DNA of 64,000 nucleotides from Clostridia bacterium. Lineage in GTDB: Bacteria; Bacillota; Clostridia; JAAYHZ01. The notes beneath the pieces are model-generated. The model was given only the letters and a program-made list of their open reading frames with translations. It ran no database searches and was not told the origin of the DNA. The position numbers and the translations under genes were made by a program. Below are positions 40,607 to 50,249 of this stretch, in pieces; the first letter of the stretch is position 1, and each line of letters starts with the position of its first letter. The stretch spans positions 32,001-96,000 of the forward strand of contig JBMNIH010000005.1 in NCBI GenBank assembly GCA_050950825.1, written 5' to 3'.

Positions 40607-42472
40607 ATGTTAAAAAAACAACTGCAAGGAATCTGTCTGCTACTGGCGGCAATGCTACTGTTGGCATCGGTAGGCTGTACGGGGTCGGAGGTGGAACCGG
40701 AAGCAACCTCAGAAACAACCGTAACTTCAAAGCAAGCTGTCGTAACTACAACGGCAGGCGTAACGACGACGACAAAAACGGAGACAACGACCCAAGCGGT
40801 AGAGGAGAATCCTTTTGAGGAATTCTATGAAATTTCCTGGATATTCGGCTTTTGCGATACTTACGTAGAAGGCGCATACGACGAGCTGATGATCGAAGAA
40901 AGATATAACATCGATCTTAAGTGCTGGAATATCAGCTACTACGACACGGAAGGTCTTACCATGATGTTAGCCGCCGGAGACATACCGGATTTCAGTAACC
41001 TTGCAAGAGGCGGAAAAACACCTCAGCAATTGTACGAAGAAGGCTACACAAGATCCGTATCCTTGGATATGTACAAAAAGTACTTCCCCTATTATTATGA
41101 ATTGATGCAAAATCATGCGCCTACAAGCTTTGAACGAAATAATATCCGAGGTACCGAGGAATATTACGGAATCTCTTGGGTCCGAAGCAACTACAAGATG
41201 TTTTACAACGCTCCTTTGTTCAGGCTTGATTGGCTTGAAAATATCGGTTATTCCATTCCCGAAGAAGAGCTTATTCCCATTGTACTGACATCCGAAAAAC
41301 TGGCAAAATACAGCGGCCAAACCTACATAACAACGTATATGTTCGAACACGATGAGCTAAACGACATCTTCCGTGCATTCACCGAGGACGACCCGGACGG
41401 AAACGGAGAAGACGATACTTATGCCGCCGTGATTAACCCGAACACATTCAGAAACGTGTGGGTGGACCTGTATTGGGGTCAATTCGGGGTCATTTCTTCG
41501 GAAGCCAACTATTTATATCTGGATGAGATCACGGGCGATGTGGTTCCTTGGTTTGCATACACCGGGTACAGGGACTATGTCATATGGGCATCGGATATGT
41601 ACCGTAAAGGCTATATGCGAACTCTTCCTGACGGTACTTTCTACGACATCCTTCTGGCTACCTGGATGACAGGCAAAGTCGGTTACTTTAATGCGGACAG
41701 ACAATACATCGCAAGACCCGATGCTCCGGACTATTCCGACAGGCAGCCTCCCCAAGGTCTATGGCTTCGAGGCGAAGAAGACGCTACTTTCGTGATGATG
41801 CCTTGCTTGAAAGGCCCCGGAAAGTCATGGGGAAACAAAAGATATGTTCTTGACGCGTTTATTGACGGTGCAGGAGGCACTACCGTTATCGGAGCCCAAG
41901 TTTCCGACGGAAAATTGGCGAGAATTCTGACCATCTATAATGATTATAACGTTAACAAAGACGATCCTTGGTTCCGTCAAGTCTACCAAGGAATTGAAGG
42001 CGTACATTTTACATGGTCCGGCGAACCTTGGAACAGCTCGAAGATCACAACTCCCGAGGAACTCATACCTCCGAAATATCGAAGAGGCGGATCGAACATC
42101 GGCGTAGGGGCTTTCTCTCCCGATCCGAACCTTTATGTTCATGAAGCTTACAGACAAATCTGGCTCATCCATATCGAAGACCGCTGGGTGGAAAAATACG
42201 CAATTCATCCGTACAAATTCATCAGCTTGTTGGATATGGGAGAAGATCTGTATAACAAGTATAACGAAGCTTGGGCGGAAATCAGCCCCCAACTGAATCC
42301 GATTATCAATGACTTTGCGAACCGCACTTGGAACGGCGAAATCGCCAACATCAATACGGAGTGGGAGGAATACCTCAATCGGTTATACGCGGCAGGCTTG
42401 GAAGATTTGATCCGCGACTACTATATGAACGATAACTTCCGATTGTACACACCTCCTGAAATATACGAATAA
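40607..42472 (+). CDS. Extracellular solute-binding lipoprotein (carbohydrate ABC type)
   Basis: Lipobox SVGC, Thr-rich linker, LAAGDIPD, RLDWLE, DPDGNG.DDT, YQGIEGVH. Confidence 0.8.
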   Translation: MLKKQLQGICLLLAAMLLLASVGCTGSEVEPEATSETTVTSKQAVVTTTAGVTTTTKTETTTQAVEENPFEEFYEISWIFGFCDTYVEGAYDELMIEERYNIDLKCWNISYYDTEGLTMMLAAGDIPDFSNLARGGKTPQQLYEEGYTRSVSLDMYKKYFPYYYELMQNHAPTSFERNNIRGTEEYYGISWVRSNYKMFYNAPLFRLDWLENIGYSIPEEELIPIVLTSEKLAKYSGQTYITTYMFEHDELNDIFRAFTEDDPDGNGEDDTYAAVINPNTFRNVWVDLYWGQFGVISSEANYLYLDEITGDVVPWFAYTGYRDYVIWASDMYRKGYMRTLPDGTFYDILLATWMTGKVGYFNADRQYIARPDAPDYSDRQPPQGLWLRGEEDATFVMMPCLKGPGKSWGNKRYVLDAFIDGAGGTTVIGAQVSDGKLARILTIYNDYNVNKDDPWFRQVYQGIEGVHFTWSGEPWNSSKITTPEELIPPKYRRGGSNIGVGAFSPDPNLYVHEAYRQIWLIHIEDRWVEKYAIHPYKFISLLDMGEDLYNKYNEAWAEISPQLNPIINDFANRTWNGEIANINTEWEEYLNRLYAAGLEDLIRDYYMNDNFRLYTPPEIYE

Positions 42473-42499
42473 CGAAGCGTAGCGGTTTGTACAAATTTT

Positions 42500-42524
42500 G
42501 AAGGCGGCTTTTTAAGCCGCCTTC
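42500..42524. terminator. Hairpin between convergent genes
   Basis: GAAGGCGGC-tttttaa-GCCGCCTTC. Confidence 0.65.
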
Positions 42525-42542
42525 TGATTCTATCATTCAATT

Positions 42543-43778
42543 CTAAAAGTGAATCATGACGCCGGTGTCGGCCAAAGCTTGCTGCAATTGCTCGATAGGG
42601 ATTTCGGTTAAGTCCTTCGACATTTTTACCGCCATTGCCGCCGCTTGGCCGGCCGCTTGACCGGTTAAAATGGCGGGCGGTATTACTCTTGTCACGTCCC
42701 ATGCCCAACCGGCTGCGGATACGGATCTTCCGGCAGTGAGCAGATTGGAGAACTTCGAGTTGTACAAACAACGGTAGGGCACCTCGTAAACAATGTCTCG
42801 CTTGGTAAAATCGCATATGGCGCCGATAGAGTCGTCAAAGTGCTTGTATTGATCTTGCTCCGTCAGCTCATAGTCCCCTATGATTCTTCGTGTTGTACGG
42901 AATTGCGGCATAAAGGGAAGCATTACGATATCTCTTTCGAAACGATTGTCATTTTGAATAAGCTCAACGGTTCTTCTATGGCCTTCGATTACATACTCCG
43001 TAATATCCCTTACGTCGGTTCCGTCAAGCTTCTTCATCCCTTCCGGATGGCCTTTTCCGTAAAGGTTCGACCCGATATTAAAGGGACGAACACCTTTTTC
43101 TATTTTTCGATCGCCGAGGGCCGCCTCCATGGATTCCATATCCATCACCCGCCCCCAAAAAGAAAACCAATTGCCCGTCGTTTCCGTCGGGACTCCTGCT
43201 CGATACAAAAGGTCGGAATCTCCCGTCGCATCAATGACGATCTTCGCTTTGTAATATTGTCGTCCGGATTTGTTTTCCACTATCACCCCTTGGCAGGCTC
43301 CTTGGTCCATAACCGGCTTGCAGGCCAAGGTGTCAAACAAAAGGTCCGTTCCGTGTTCCTTCAGAAAACCGGTTAACGACATGGCAAATATGTAAGGAGA
43401 AAAACGGGTTACGTAACGGGGAGGATTCTGCCGATTGCTATCCGTTAAAAGCTCCGGATTGATGTTTTCTCGTTTTCCTTCCGCCGCATCCTTCCAGGGT
43501 CCCGGTACGGTATCGTAACCGTACTTGATGGAGAAGCGCAAAAGCTCCTCGCATACTCCCCCGATGATTTTTCGGCCTCGGCCGTCGCATAAGGGTTCGA
43601 TATAGTTTATGAGTCCGTTTGTGGCAAGACCGCCTAGCAAAATGCTTTTTTCCATCAAGAGGGTTTTACATCCGGCTCTTGAAGCCGTTAGCGCCGCCGC
43701 CACACCGGCGACTCCTCCTCCGGCCACCAAAACGTCGTATTCCGCTATCTTAGGCACTTCCAAATATTCCTTAATCAT
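42543..43778 (-). CDS. FAD-dependent oxidoreductase
   Basis: DVLVAGGGVAG, LGGLAT.G, IDATGD, VPYRCL, NLLTAGR, GQAAG. Confidence 0.88.
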   Translation of the reverse strand: MIKEYLEVPKIAEYDVLVAGGGVAGVAAALTASRAGCKTLLMEKSILLGGLATNGLINYIEPLCDGRGRKIIGGVCEELLRFSIKYGYDTVPGPWKDAAEGKRENINPELLTDSNRQNPPRYVTRFSPYIFAMSLTGFLKEHGTDLLFDTLACKPVMDQGACQGVIVENKSGRQYYKAKIVIDATGDSDLLYRAGVPTETTGNWFSFWGRVMDMESMEAALGDRKIEKGVRPFNIGSNLYGKGHPEGMKKLDGTDVRDITEYVIEGHRRTVELIQNDNRFERDIVMLPFMPQFRTTRRIIGDYELTEQDQYKHFDDSIGAICDFTKRDIVYEVPYRCLYNSKFSNLLTAGRSVSAAGWAWDVTRVIPPAILTGQAAGQAAAMAVKMSKDLTEIPIEQLQQALADTGVMIHF

Positions 43779-43938
43779 CCGCCCTACCTCCAAAAGATCG
43801 TGTGCGTTGGTACCTTTATTGTACATTAAAAATTCTCATCTTGCAGTATGGACTTTCTATTCTTTCTATATATAATATTCTTAAATGAGGCAAATCAGGT
43901 TTTTTCAAGAAGAAAAAGTAAAATGCCGAGAGGTTCCT

Positions 43939-45513
43939 ATGCAAAATATTGATCGAATCCAAGAAACCGCTTATCAACTGATTTTAGAATTTTTAACCGG
44001 TGAAGAAAAACCGATTCCCCGTTTCGACCTTAACGACGAAACGGCGCTTTTGAACCTGTTATATAACCGCAAAGTTCTGTTTGCTTTGTCGCCTCTTTTG
44101 GAAAAAAAGCTTTCCGCACCTTCCGTAACCAAAATGAAGGTTCTAACGGCTCATCATAAGAACGTAATTCGGAAAAGGCTTTCCGTTGCAAAAGAGGTGA
44201 TGGATACCGCCATAGAAAACCGTATCCCTTGCGTCTTCATCAAAGGCATGGCTTTATCCCGGCTCATATACGAAGACATATACATAAGACCGGGTAACGA
44301 TTTGGATTTTTGGACGGGCCCCGAATATGCATTGCCCCTTGCAGAAATCTTATTACAAAAAGACTTCTATATCAGCGGCCGCCCGGATCCGAAGACCGGG
44401 AAGGCGGAAAAAATTAAAAAGCCCGTTATGATTCCGGGCTCCTACTATTACGAATACACCGTAGAAAAGGAAGTCGACGGTTTTTCCATAAAAGCGGAGA
44501 TTAAAAAGCTATCCAGCGCCTTGCTATTCTTAAAGAACAGTCCCTATCGGGAAAACATGCTCCAATACACGGAAGAAATCGATTTGGAAGGAAACCGGTT
44601 TGTAACAAGCGATTTGGAATATACCCTTCTTCATTTGTGCGCAAACACATATGTTAATACCGAAAGCGAATTCGGCGTCCTTCATTCTCATCATTGGATC
44701 GATTACATGGATTTGTACCTTTTCTTAAAAAAGTATCAAAATGCTCTGGATTGGAAAAAGGTAAAAGAGCACGGAGAAAACTTGGGCATAACCCATCGAA
44801 TCTACAAAACCTTTAACGACGTCAAAGAATTGTTCGGTTTTCCGATGGACGAATCGATTATCGGACAGTTTACCTTTAACCCCGAAAATGTTACGCATGA
44901 AAGGGTATTCCCGAGCGGTTCCTTAACCGATTGGAAAATGAGCATCAAGGAAAGGTTTTTCTACCCTAAGGAACGGATTATCGAATACTATAAAGGTATA
45001 AGAGCCGAAAAATTCCGACAAGAATACGTAGAAAAAAGCACGTATCGGGTAGAAACAATCGACGACAATCCTCCTTTCTTACGGATGGCGGATGAAGCGG
45101 GGATTGATTACGCCGATTTAAGAATATATAAAGACGATAAAGGACTCTATTTTCATTTGGATCTTGCCGAGGTTGTTAAGAAAAATCCTACGGATTATCA
45201 AGTGCTTTTGTCCTTGTTCAATAACGACATGGAATCCGACGTCTACCAAACCGTCATCCGAACCCATTACGACTCCAACGGCATCTACGCCGATTTGGAG
45301 GATCACAAGCACAAAACGACCGACGCCCTAACGGCGGTGCAAAAGGATGACAGTATTCTTTTACATATCCCCTTCGACAGCATAATCGGGTGGAAAAAAA
45401 GGCTTCTTGCCTTCTCCATCTATTTTTTCAAAAAGATCGAAAACGGTGCCTACGATTACACGGCAGGGGTTATAAAGTCCGATTTGGAAAAAGCAAAGTA
45501 CATCCGGTTCTGA
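43939..45513 (+). CDS. Nucleotidyltransferase family protein (NTP_transf_5-like)
   Basis: IKGMALS..Y....R.GNDLDF motif; LLHLC..; DLY, LDW C-terminal pattern. Confidence 0.75.
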   Translation: MQNIDRIQETAYQLILEFLTGEEKPIPRFDLNDETALLNLLYNRKVLFALSPLLEKKLSAPSVTKMKVLTAHHKNVIRKRLSVAKEVMDTAIENRIPCVFIKGMALSRLIYEDIYIRPGNDLDFWTGPEYALPLAEILLQKDFYISGRPDPKTGKAEKIKKPVMIPGSYYYEYTVEKEVDGFSIKAEIKKLSSALLFLKNSPYRENMLQYTEEIDLEGNRFVTSDLEYTLLHLCANTYVNTESEFGVLHSHHWIDYMDLYLFLKKYQNALDWKKVKEHGENLGITHRIYKTFNDVKELFGFPMDESIIGQFTFNPENVTHERVFPSGSLTDWKMSIKERFFYPKERIIEYYKGIRAEKFRQEYVEKSTYRVETIDDNPPFLRMADEAGIDYADLRIYKDDKGLYFHLDLAEVVKKNPTDYQVLLSLFNNDMESDVYQTVIRTHYDSNGIYADLEDHKHKTTDALTAVQKDDSILLHIPFDSIIGWKKRLLAFSIYFFKKIENGAYDYTAGVIKSDLEKAKYIRF

Positions 45514-45537
45514 TCAAAAAGACGGTACATAATAAAA

Positions 45538-45575
45538 CATGGGCGGAAAAAAAGCATGCTCTTTTTCCGCCCATG
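45538..45575. terminator. Hairpin between convergent genes
   Basis: CATGGGCGGAAAAA..TTTTTCCGCCCATG. Confidence 0.75.
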
Positions 45576-45606
45576 TGTATATATATCAAACGGTCACGTA
45601 CGTTTA

Positions 45607-46320
45607 TTACACTTTTTCTATATTCTCAATCAAAGCGCCAAGCCCGATGGCGCTGTCCACCGGCAACGAAAAGCAAATACCGGTTCCTGCGGTATTCAGC
45701 CCCACTTCATGCGTGATGCTTTCCATAATCGCCAGCTTCTTTTCCTTCGGGGCTAAAATCAGGACAAGATCTTTTTCCGGCTGTATGGTAATACCCAAGT
45801 ATTTTTTCGCTTCCTTCGATCCCAAACCGCGGGCATGAACAACGGTTCCTCCGCCGGCACCCGCTTTTTTTGCCGCTTCCATCACTTGGTCATAAAATCC
45901 GCTGTTGACGATGGTTACGATTAAATGATAAGGTTCTTTTGACGTTAAAGGCATATCCTCACTTCCTATCTTTAAATTCTCTTCCGCTTGCACACAAATT
46001 CCGGAAAGAATGCTGCTGACGCTGCTTACGTTCACGGTAAATGCGATTCCCGTACCGGGCTTGCTAAAGTCGATACAATCCTGCAATTGCTTTAACAAGT
46101 AATTCGTCATTCGTTTTGTTTGTACGCTAATGGAAACGGTTTTCTTAGGACCTCCGTATCCGAGTATCTCATATACGGCGGATTTTGCCGAACCCTTTCC
46201 GTGGGTCAATAACAATATGGGAGCATCGTTATTCTTAAACACGTTCGTAAGAACGTCTTCCAAACCGTGATCCACAATTGCGAACAAAGCATCCAGCTTG
46301 GTTTCAGAGTGATTAACCAT
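45607..46320 (-). CDS. Tandem P-II-like regulatory protein
   Basis: Two P-II-like repeats (GKGSA..GTGIAF; GAGGGTVVHARG..GTGICFSLPV). Confidence 0.8.
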   Translation of the reverse strand: MVNHSETKLDALFAIVDHGLEDVLTNVFKNNDAPILLLTHGKGSAKSAVYEILGYGGPKKTVSISVQTKRMTNYLLKQLQDCIDFSKPGTGIAFTVNVSSVSSILSGICVQAEENLKIGSEDMPLTSKEPYHLIVTIVNSGFYDQVMEAAKKAGAGGGTVVHARGLGSKEAKKYLGITIQPEKDLVLILAPKEKKLAIMESITHEVGLNTAGTGICFSLPVDSAIGLGALIENIEKV

Positions 46321-47971
46321 CTTTCCCCTCCATCTCGCTAAAATCGGCGGTTATCCTTTTGCCATTATACTCATTCGTTTTATCACTTGCAACGGAAGCA
46401 TAAACCGCCTCTTTATCCTCTTGTTCCACAGGACCTGCAATTTCACCTTCTTGTTTTTCTTCTTGGTCCTCAAAAGAGTACTCCAACTCGATAATGGTAT
46501 CCTCGATCTCGGGAACCACCATTTCTTTTCTTGCCCTCTTGGATTTTATTGCATATACCAATCCGAACAGCTGCAAAGTAATAACCGGTGTCAAGGCCAC
46601 CAAAGCAACGATTCCGAATGCATCGGCATAGATGTTTCCGCCCATAGCCTCGGATGCGCCGATAGCCAGAGGAAGCATAAACGTTGCGGCCAACGGCCCG
46701 GAAGCCACGGCACCGGAGTCAAAGGCGATGGACGTAAAAAGCCGAGGTACAACAAACGTAAGGGCCAAAGCGAATACATACCCGGGAATAACAAAATACA
46801 AAAGGGAAAGTCCTGTGACAACTCGCAGCATGGCCAATCCTACCGAAACGGCTACCCCTACGGACAATCCGATTCCCATGGATTTTGCCGAAACGGCGCC
46901 CTCCGTTACTTCCTCCACTTGTCTTTTTAAAACAAAAACGGCCGGTTCGGCGGCAACCACAAAATAGCCGATCACCATTCCTACCAAAATGAGTACGACG
47001 GGACCGTTATTCTTCAACAATACGCTGCCTAACCGGTATCCTATCGGAAGAAAACCCGTGTTGACACCCAGCAAAAACAACACAAGACCTAAAAACGTGT
47101 AGACGGTCCCCGTGCCGATTTTTAAAATCTCTTTGAGCTTTAAACGAAGCTTAAAGACTTGAAAAACGGCAAAGGTTGCAATCATGGGCAACAAGGCTAC
47201 CGCTACCTGCTTTGTATACTCTCCAAAATGGGAGCGAAAAAGCTTCGCTATATCCCTTACGGACGTTACGGAAGGAACCGTCATGGCGCTTCCTCCGGAG
47301 GGAGTAAAGAACATCCCCAAAATCAATACGGTAATAATGGGGCCGATCAAGCAAAGAGAAATTAAGCCGAAGCTGTCTTCTTCCGACGTTTTATCGGCAC
47401 GAATGGATGCCAACCCCAGTCCCAAAGCCATGACAAAGGGCACCATAATAGGTCCCGTGGTAACTCCCCCCGATTCCCAAGCAATGGAAAGAAAGCTTTT
47501 GCCGGTAAAACAGGAGAGCACAAAGGCGATTGAATAACAGCTTATCAGTATGTAGGACAGCGGGATTTGGAATAAAACACGTAAAAAAGCGCCTACAAGG
47601 GCAAGTCCTACGCCTACGGATACGCCGATAATGATAACGGTGTTCGGCACGCCGTTGATTTGTCCCGCCATAACCGCAAGGTCCGGCTCCGCGATGGTTA
47701 TAAACACACCGATAATGAAAGATAATATGACGATTAACAACAGTTTTCCGGTCTTTACCAATGCCGATCCGATATGTTCGCCTATAGGGATGAGGGACAT
47801 GTCGACACCGAAATTAAACAAGGTGATCCCTGCAATCACCGCGGCTGCACTTACAAGAAAAAGAATCACGTTCCATGACGGCATCGGCGCAATGGTATAG
47901 CTTAGGAGCACAACCAGAATTACAATTGGAAATACCGAAAAGGATGACTCCTTCAATTTCGCTAAAAGCAA
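46313..47971 (-). CDS. DUF1538 membrane protein (duplicated)
   Basis: AEPDL/AEPAV, ESGGVTTGP/DSGAVASGP, FG repeats; many TMs. Confidence 0.85.
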   Translation of the reverse strand: MLLAKLKESSFSVFPIVILVVLLSYTIAPMPSWNVILFLVSAAAVIAGITLFNFGVDMSLIPIGEHIGSALVKTGKLLLIVILSFIIGVFITIAEPDLAVMAGQINGVPNTVIIIGVSVGVGLALVGAFLRVLFQIPLSYILISCYSIAFVLSCFTGKSFLSIAWESGGVTTGPIMVPFVMALGLGLASIRADKTSEEDSFGLISLCLIGPIITVLILGMFFTPSGGSAMTVPSVTSVRDIAKLFRSHFGEYTKQVAVALLPMIATFAVFQVFKLRLKLKEILKIGTGTVYTFLGLVLFLLGVNTGFLPIGYRLGSVLLKNNGPVVLILVGMVIGYFVVAAEPAVFVLKRQVEEVTEGAVSAKSMGIGLSVGVAVSVGLAMLRVVTGLSLLYFVIPGYVFALALTFVVPRLFTSIAFDSGAVASGPLAATFMLPLAIGASEAMGGNIYADAFGIVALVALTPVITLQLFGLVYAIKSKRARKEMVVPEIEDTIIELEYSFEDQEEKQEGEIAGPVEQEDKEAVYASVASDKTNEYNGKRITADFSEMEGKDG

Positions 47972-48101
47972 TCTACGTATTTTATTTCACTCCTTCTTCA
48001 GTTTTTTTGGAAAATAAGCTTTTGTTTTACTAAGGTTGATATGTATTAAAACAAAAAGAAATGTACGACATTACTTATGATAACATAAACAGAAACCAAA
48101 A

Positions 48102-48146
48102 GCAGCCTCTTATTCTTTAATTGTATGTTAAAGATCAAGAGGCTGC
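48102..48146 (-). terminator. Hairpin downstream of the histidine kinase
   Basis: GCAGCCTCTT..AAGAGGCTGC, T tail on minus strand. Confidence 0.55.
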
Positions 48147-48189
48147 GTTAATATAATAGGGTTTCACATAGGCTAACGTAACGAAATTT

Positions 48190-49482
48190 TTACTGCTCGA
48201 TTTGGATTTCAAACCAAAAGAGGCTTCCTTTCCCCTCTTCGGTTTCCACTCCGTAGGTACCGTCGTGCATCTCGATAATCTTTTTGACAATGGAAAGACC
48301 TAAGCCCGTACCCATAATGGGCCGCTTATGATTCTTATCCACCTTATAATACCGATCCCGGATATAGGGTAAATCGCTCTTTCGAATCCCTTCTCCTTTG
48401 TCGATGACTTCGATTCTTACGTTTTTATCGTTTGTTCTTTGCCGTACCAAAACCGTTTTGTCTTCTCCGCTGTGGGTTATGGCATTGAGAAGAAGGTTAT
48501 ATAATACTTGGGTGATTTTCACCTCGTCGGCAACTACGCCAACATCCTCGAAGGCTTCAAACTCCAGCCGATAACCCTCGTGCTTTACAAGCTCGTTCAT
48601 CCGGTTGACGGTTCGTTTTAAGCTCTCCGTCAAGTTGTAGCTCATCTTGTTCAGCTTCGATACCCCCGCTTCAAGTAAAGAAATGTCCGGCATATCGTTC
48701 ACCAAGGAGGTTAATCGTTTTGTTTCGTCCATAATGATTTGACTTTGGTCCGGCGTAACCTCGTCCGGGAAGTCGTGCATCATCTCCGCATAGCTGTATA
48801 TGAGAGCAAGAGGGGTACGCAAATCGTGGGAGACGTTTGCAATCAGCTCCCGCCGCAGCCGCTCCGTCTTCGAAAGCTCGGTAGCCGCCGTGTTTAACGT
48901 ATCCGACAATTCCTTGATTTCCAAATACCCTTTCCCGCGAAATTCCGTGTCGTAGTTTCCCTTTGCCAATGCTTTTGCGCTTTGGTTGATTTTCTCAATG
49001 GGCTTGGATATGTGCTTGGCGATGAGGATGGCAAGCATGGTTGCCAAAAGCACCATCATCCCCGTAATGATAACAAGCCGGATTTGCAGGGTGGACACGG
49101 TGGAATCGACCGGGGTTATCATGGCGTGAAAGGTAAGCGATATCTTTTTGCCGTCCTCCAAAACAAACTCCCGGACCGAGGTTATGGTCTCCGGTCCGTT
49201 TTTATGTCTTCCCGGCGCAGGGAGAGAAGGAGGATAAAATTCTTGAGTCGGCCTTACGGTAATGGCTTTGGACGCTTCCAGCTCAAGCAGTATATTCCCT
49301 AGCTCCGGATTGTTAATATTTTTCTCCACCGTCTGAATCGCTTTTTCCATCTCCATCTTACGAACGAATTTATACATGTCGCTTAAAAAAACCGTCTGAA
49401 AAATCCACAGGATGGCCAAAAGCAATACGCAAAACCCCAGGAGAAAAATAAATATTTTCCATTTTAATTTCAGCTTATCCAT
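48190..49482 (-). CDS. HAMP-domain sensor histidine kinase
   Basis: 2 TMs, HAMP, SHDLRTPL, NLLLNA, D.GEGI, GTGLGL. Confidence 0.92.
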   Translation of the reverse strand: MDKLKLKWKIFIFLLGFCVLLLAILWIFQTVFLSDMYKFVRKMEMEKAIQTVEKNINNPELGNILLELEASKAITVRPTQEFYPPSLPAPGRHKNGPETITSVREFVLEDGKKISLTFHAMITPVDSTVSTLQIRLVIITGMMVLLATMLAILIAKHISKPIEKINQSAKALAKGNYDTEFRGKGYLEIKELSDTLNTAATELSKTERLRRELIANVSHDLRTPLALIYSYAEMMHDFPDEVTPDQSQIIMDETKRLTSLVNDMPDISLLEAGVSKLNKMSYNLTESLKRTVNRMNELVKHEGYRLEFEAFEDVGVVADEVKITQVLYNLLLNAITHSGEDKTVLVRQRTNDKNVRIEVIDKGEGIRKSDLPYIRDRYYKVDKNHKRPIMGTGLGLSIVKKIIEMHDGTYGVETEEGKGSLFWFEIQIEQ

Positions 49483-50161
49483 CGAATCGATACCCCAGCC
49501 CGCGAAGGGTTTTTATATACTGTGCATAGGGGCCTAAGGATTTTCTTAGCAATTTCATATGGGTATCCAACGTTCGGTCGTCGCCGTAGTAGTTAAAGCC
49601 CCACACCTCCGTCATAATCTTTTCCCTTGGCACCGCTATGTTTTTATTCCGTATTAAGAAAAACAACAGGTCGTATTCTTTCGGCGACAAATTCACTTCC
49701 TCGCCGTCAATAAACACCTTGTATGCCGTCAAATCCGCTTTAAAGCCGTCTTTTTCGAAAACCACGTGGCCTTCGTCATCGGATTTTGCAGGCTTGCTTT
49801 TTTCCATACGGCGTAATATGGCGCCGATTCTCAGCATAATCTCCTTGGAAGAAAAGGGCTTTACCACGTAGTCGTCTACGCCGAGTTCAAAACCCAATAC
49901 CTTGTCATACTCTTCGCCCCGGGCGGACAGCATGATGATGGGAGTGTCCGAAAATTTACGAATTTCCTTTACGGCGGAAAAGCCGTCCATTCCCGGCATC
50001 ATGATATCCATAATGATGATGTCAAAATCGTTGTTTCGGCAAAGCTCTATGGCTTCCAAGCCGTCATCGGCTTCGAAAACCTCGTTGCCCTCGAAAACGG
50101 CATACCTTTTGATCACCGCTCGAAGGCCCGCTTCATCGTCGCATATTAGAATTTTTGCCAT
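49475..50161 (-). CDS. OmpR-family response regulator
   Basis: DD, DIMMP, KPF, LSPKEYDLL, RTLDTH, RGLGY. Confidence 0.93.
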   Translation of the reverse strand: MAKILICDDEAGLRAVIKRYAVFEGNEVFEADDGLEAIELCRNNDFDIIIMDIMMPGMDGFSAVKEIRKFSDTPIIMLSARGEEYDKVLGFELGVDDYVVKPFSSKEIMLRIGAILRRMEKSKPAKSDDEGHVVFEKDGFKADLTAYKVFIDGEEVNLSPKEYDLLFFLIRNKNIAVPREKIMTEVWGFNYYGDDRTLDTHMKLLRKSLGPYAQYIKTLRGLGYRFDG

Positions 50162-50249
50162 TTATCACATCATCCCTTTCTTCGGTATGCTTGATTTTAC
50201 CATAGAATAATCGGGAGCATACCGTATCGTCATCCGCCTTGATTTTAAC

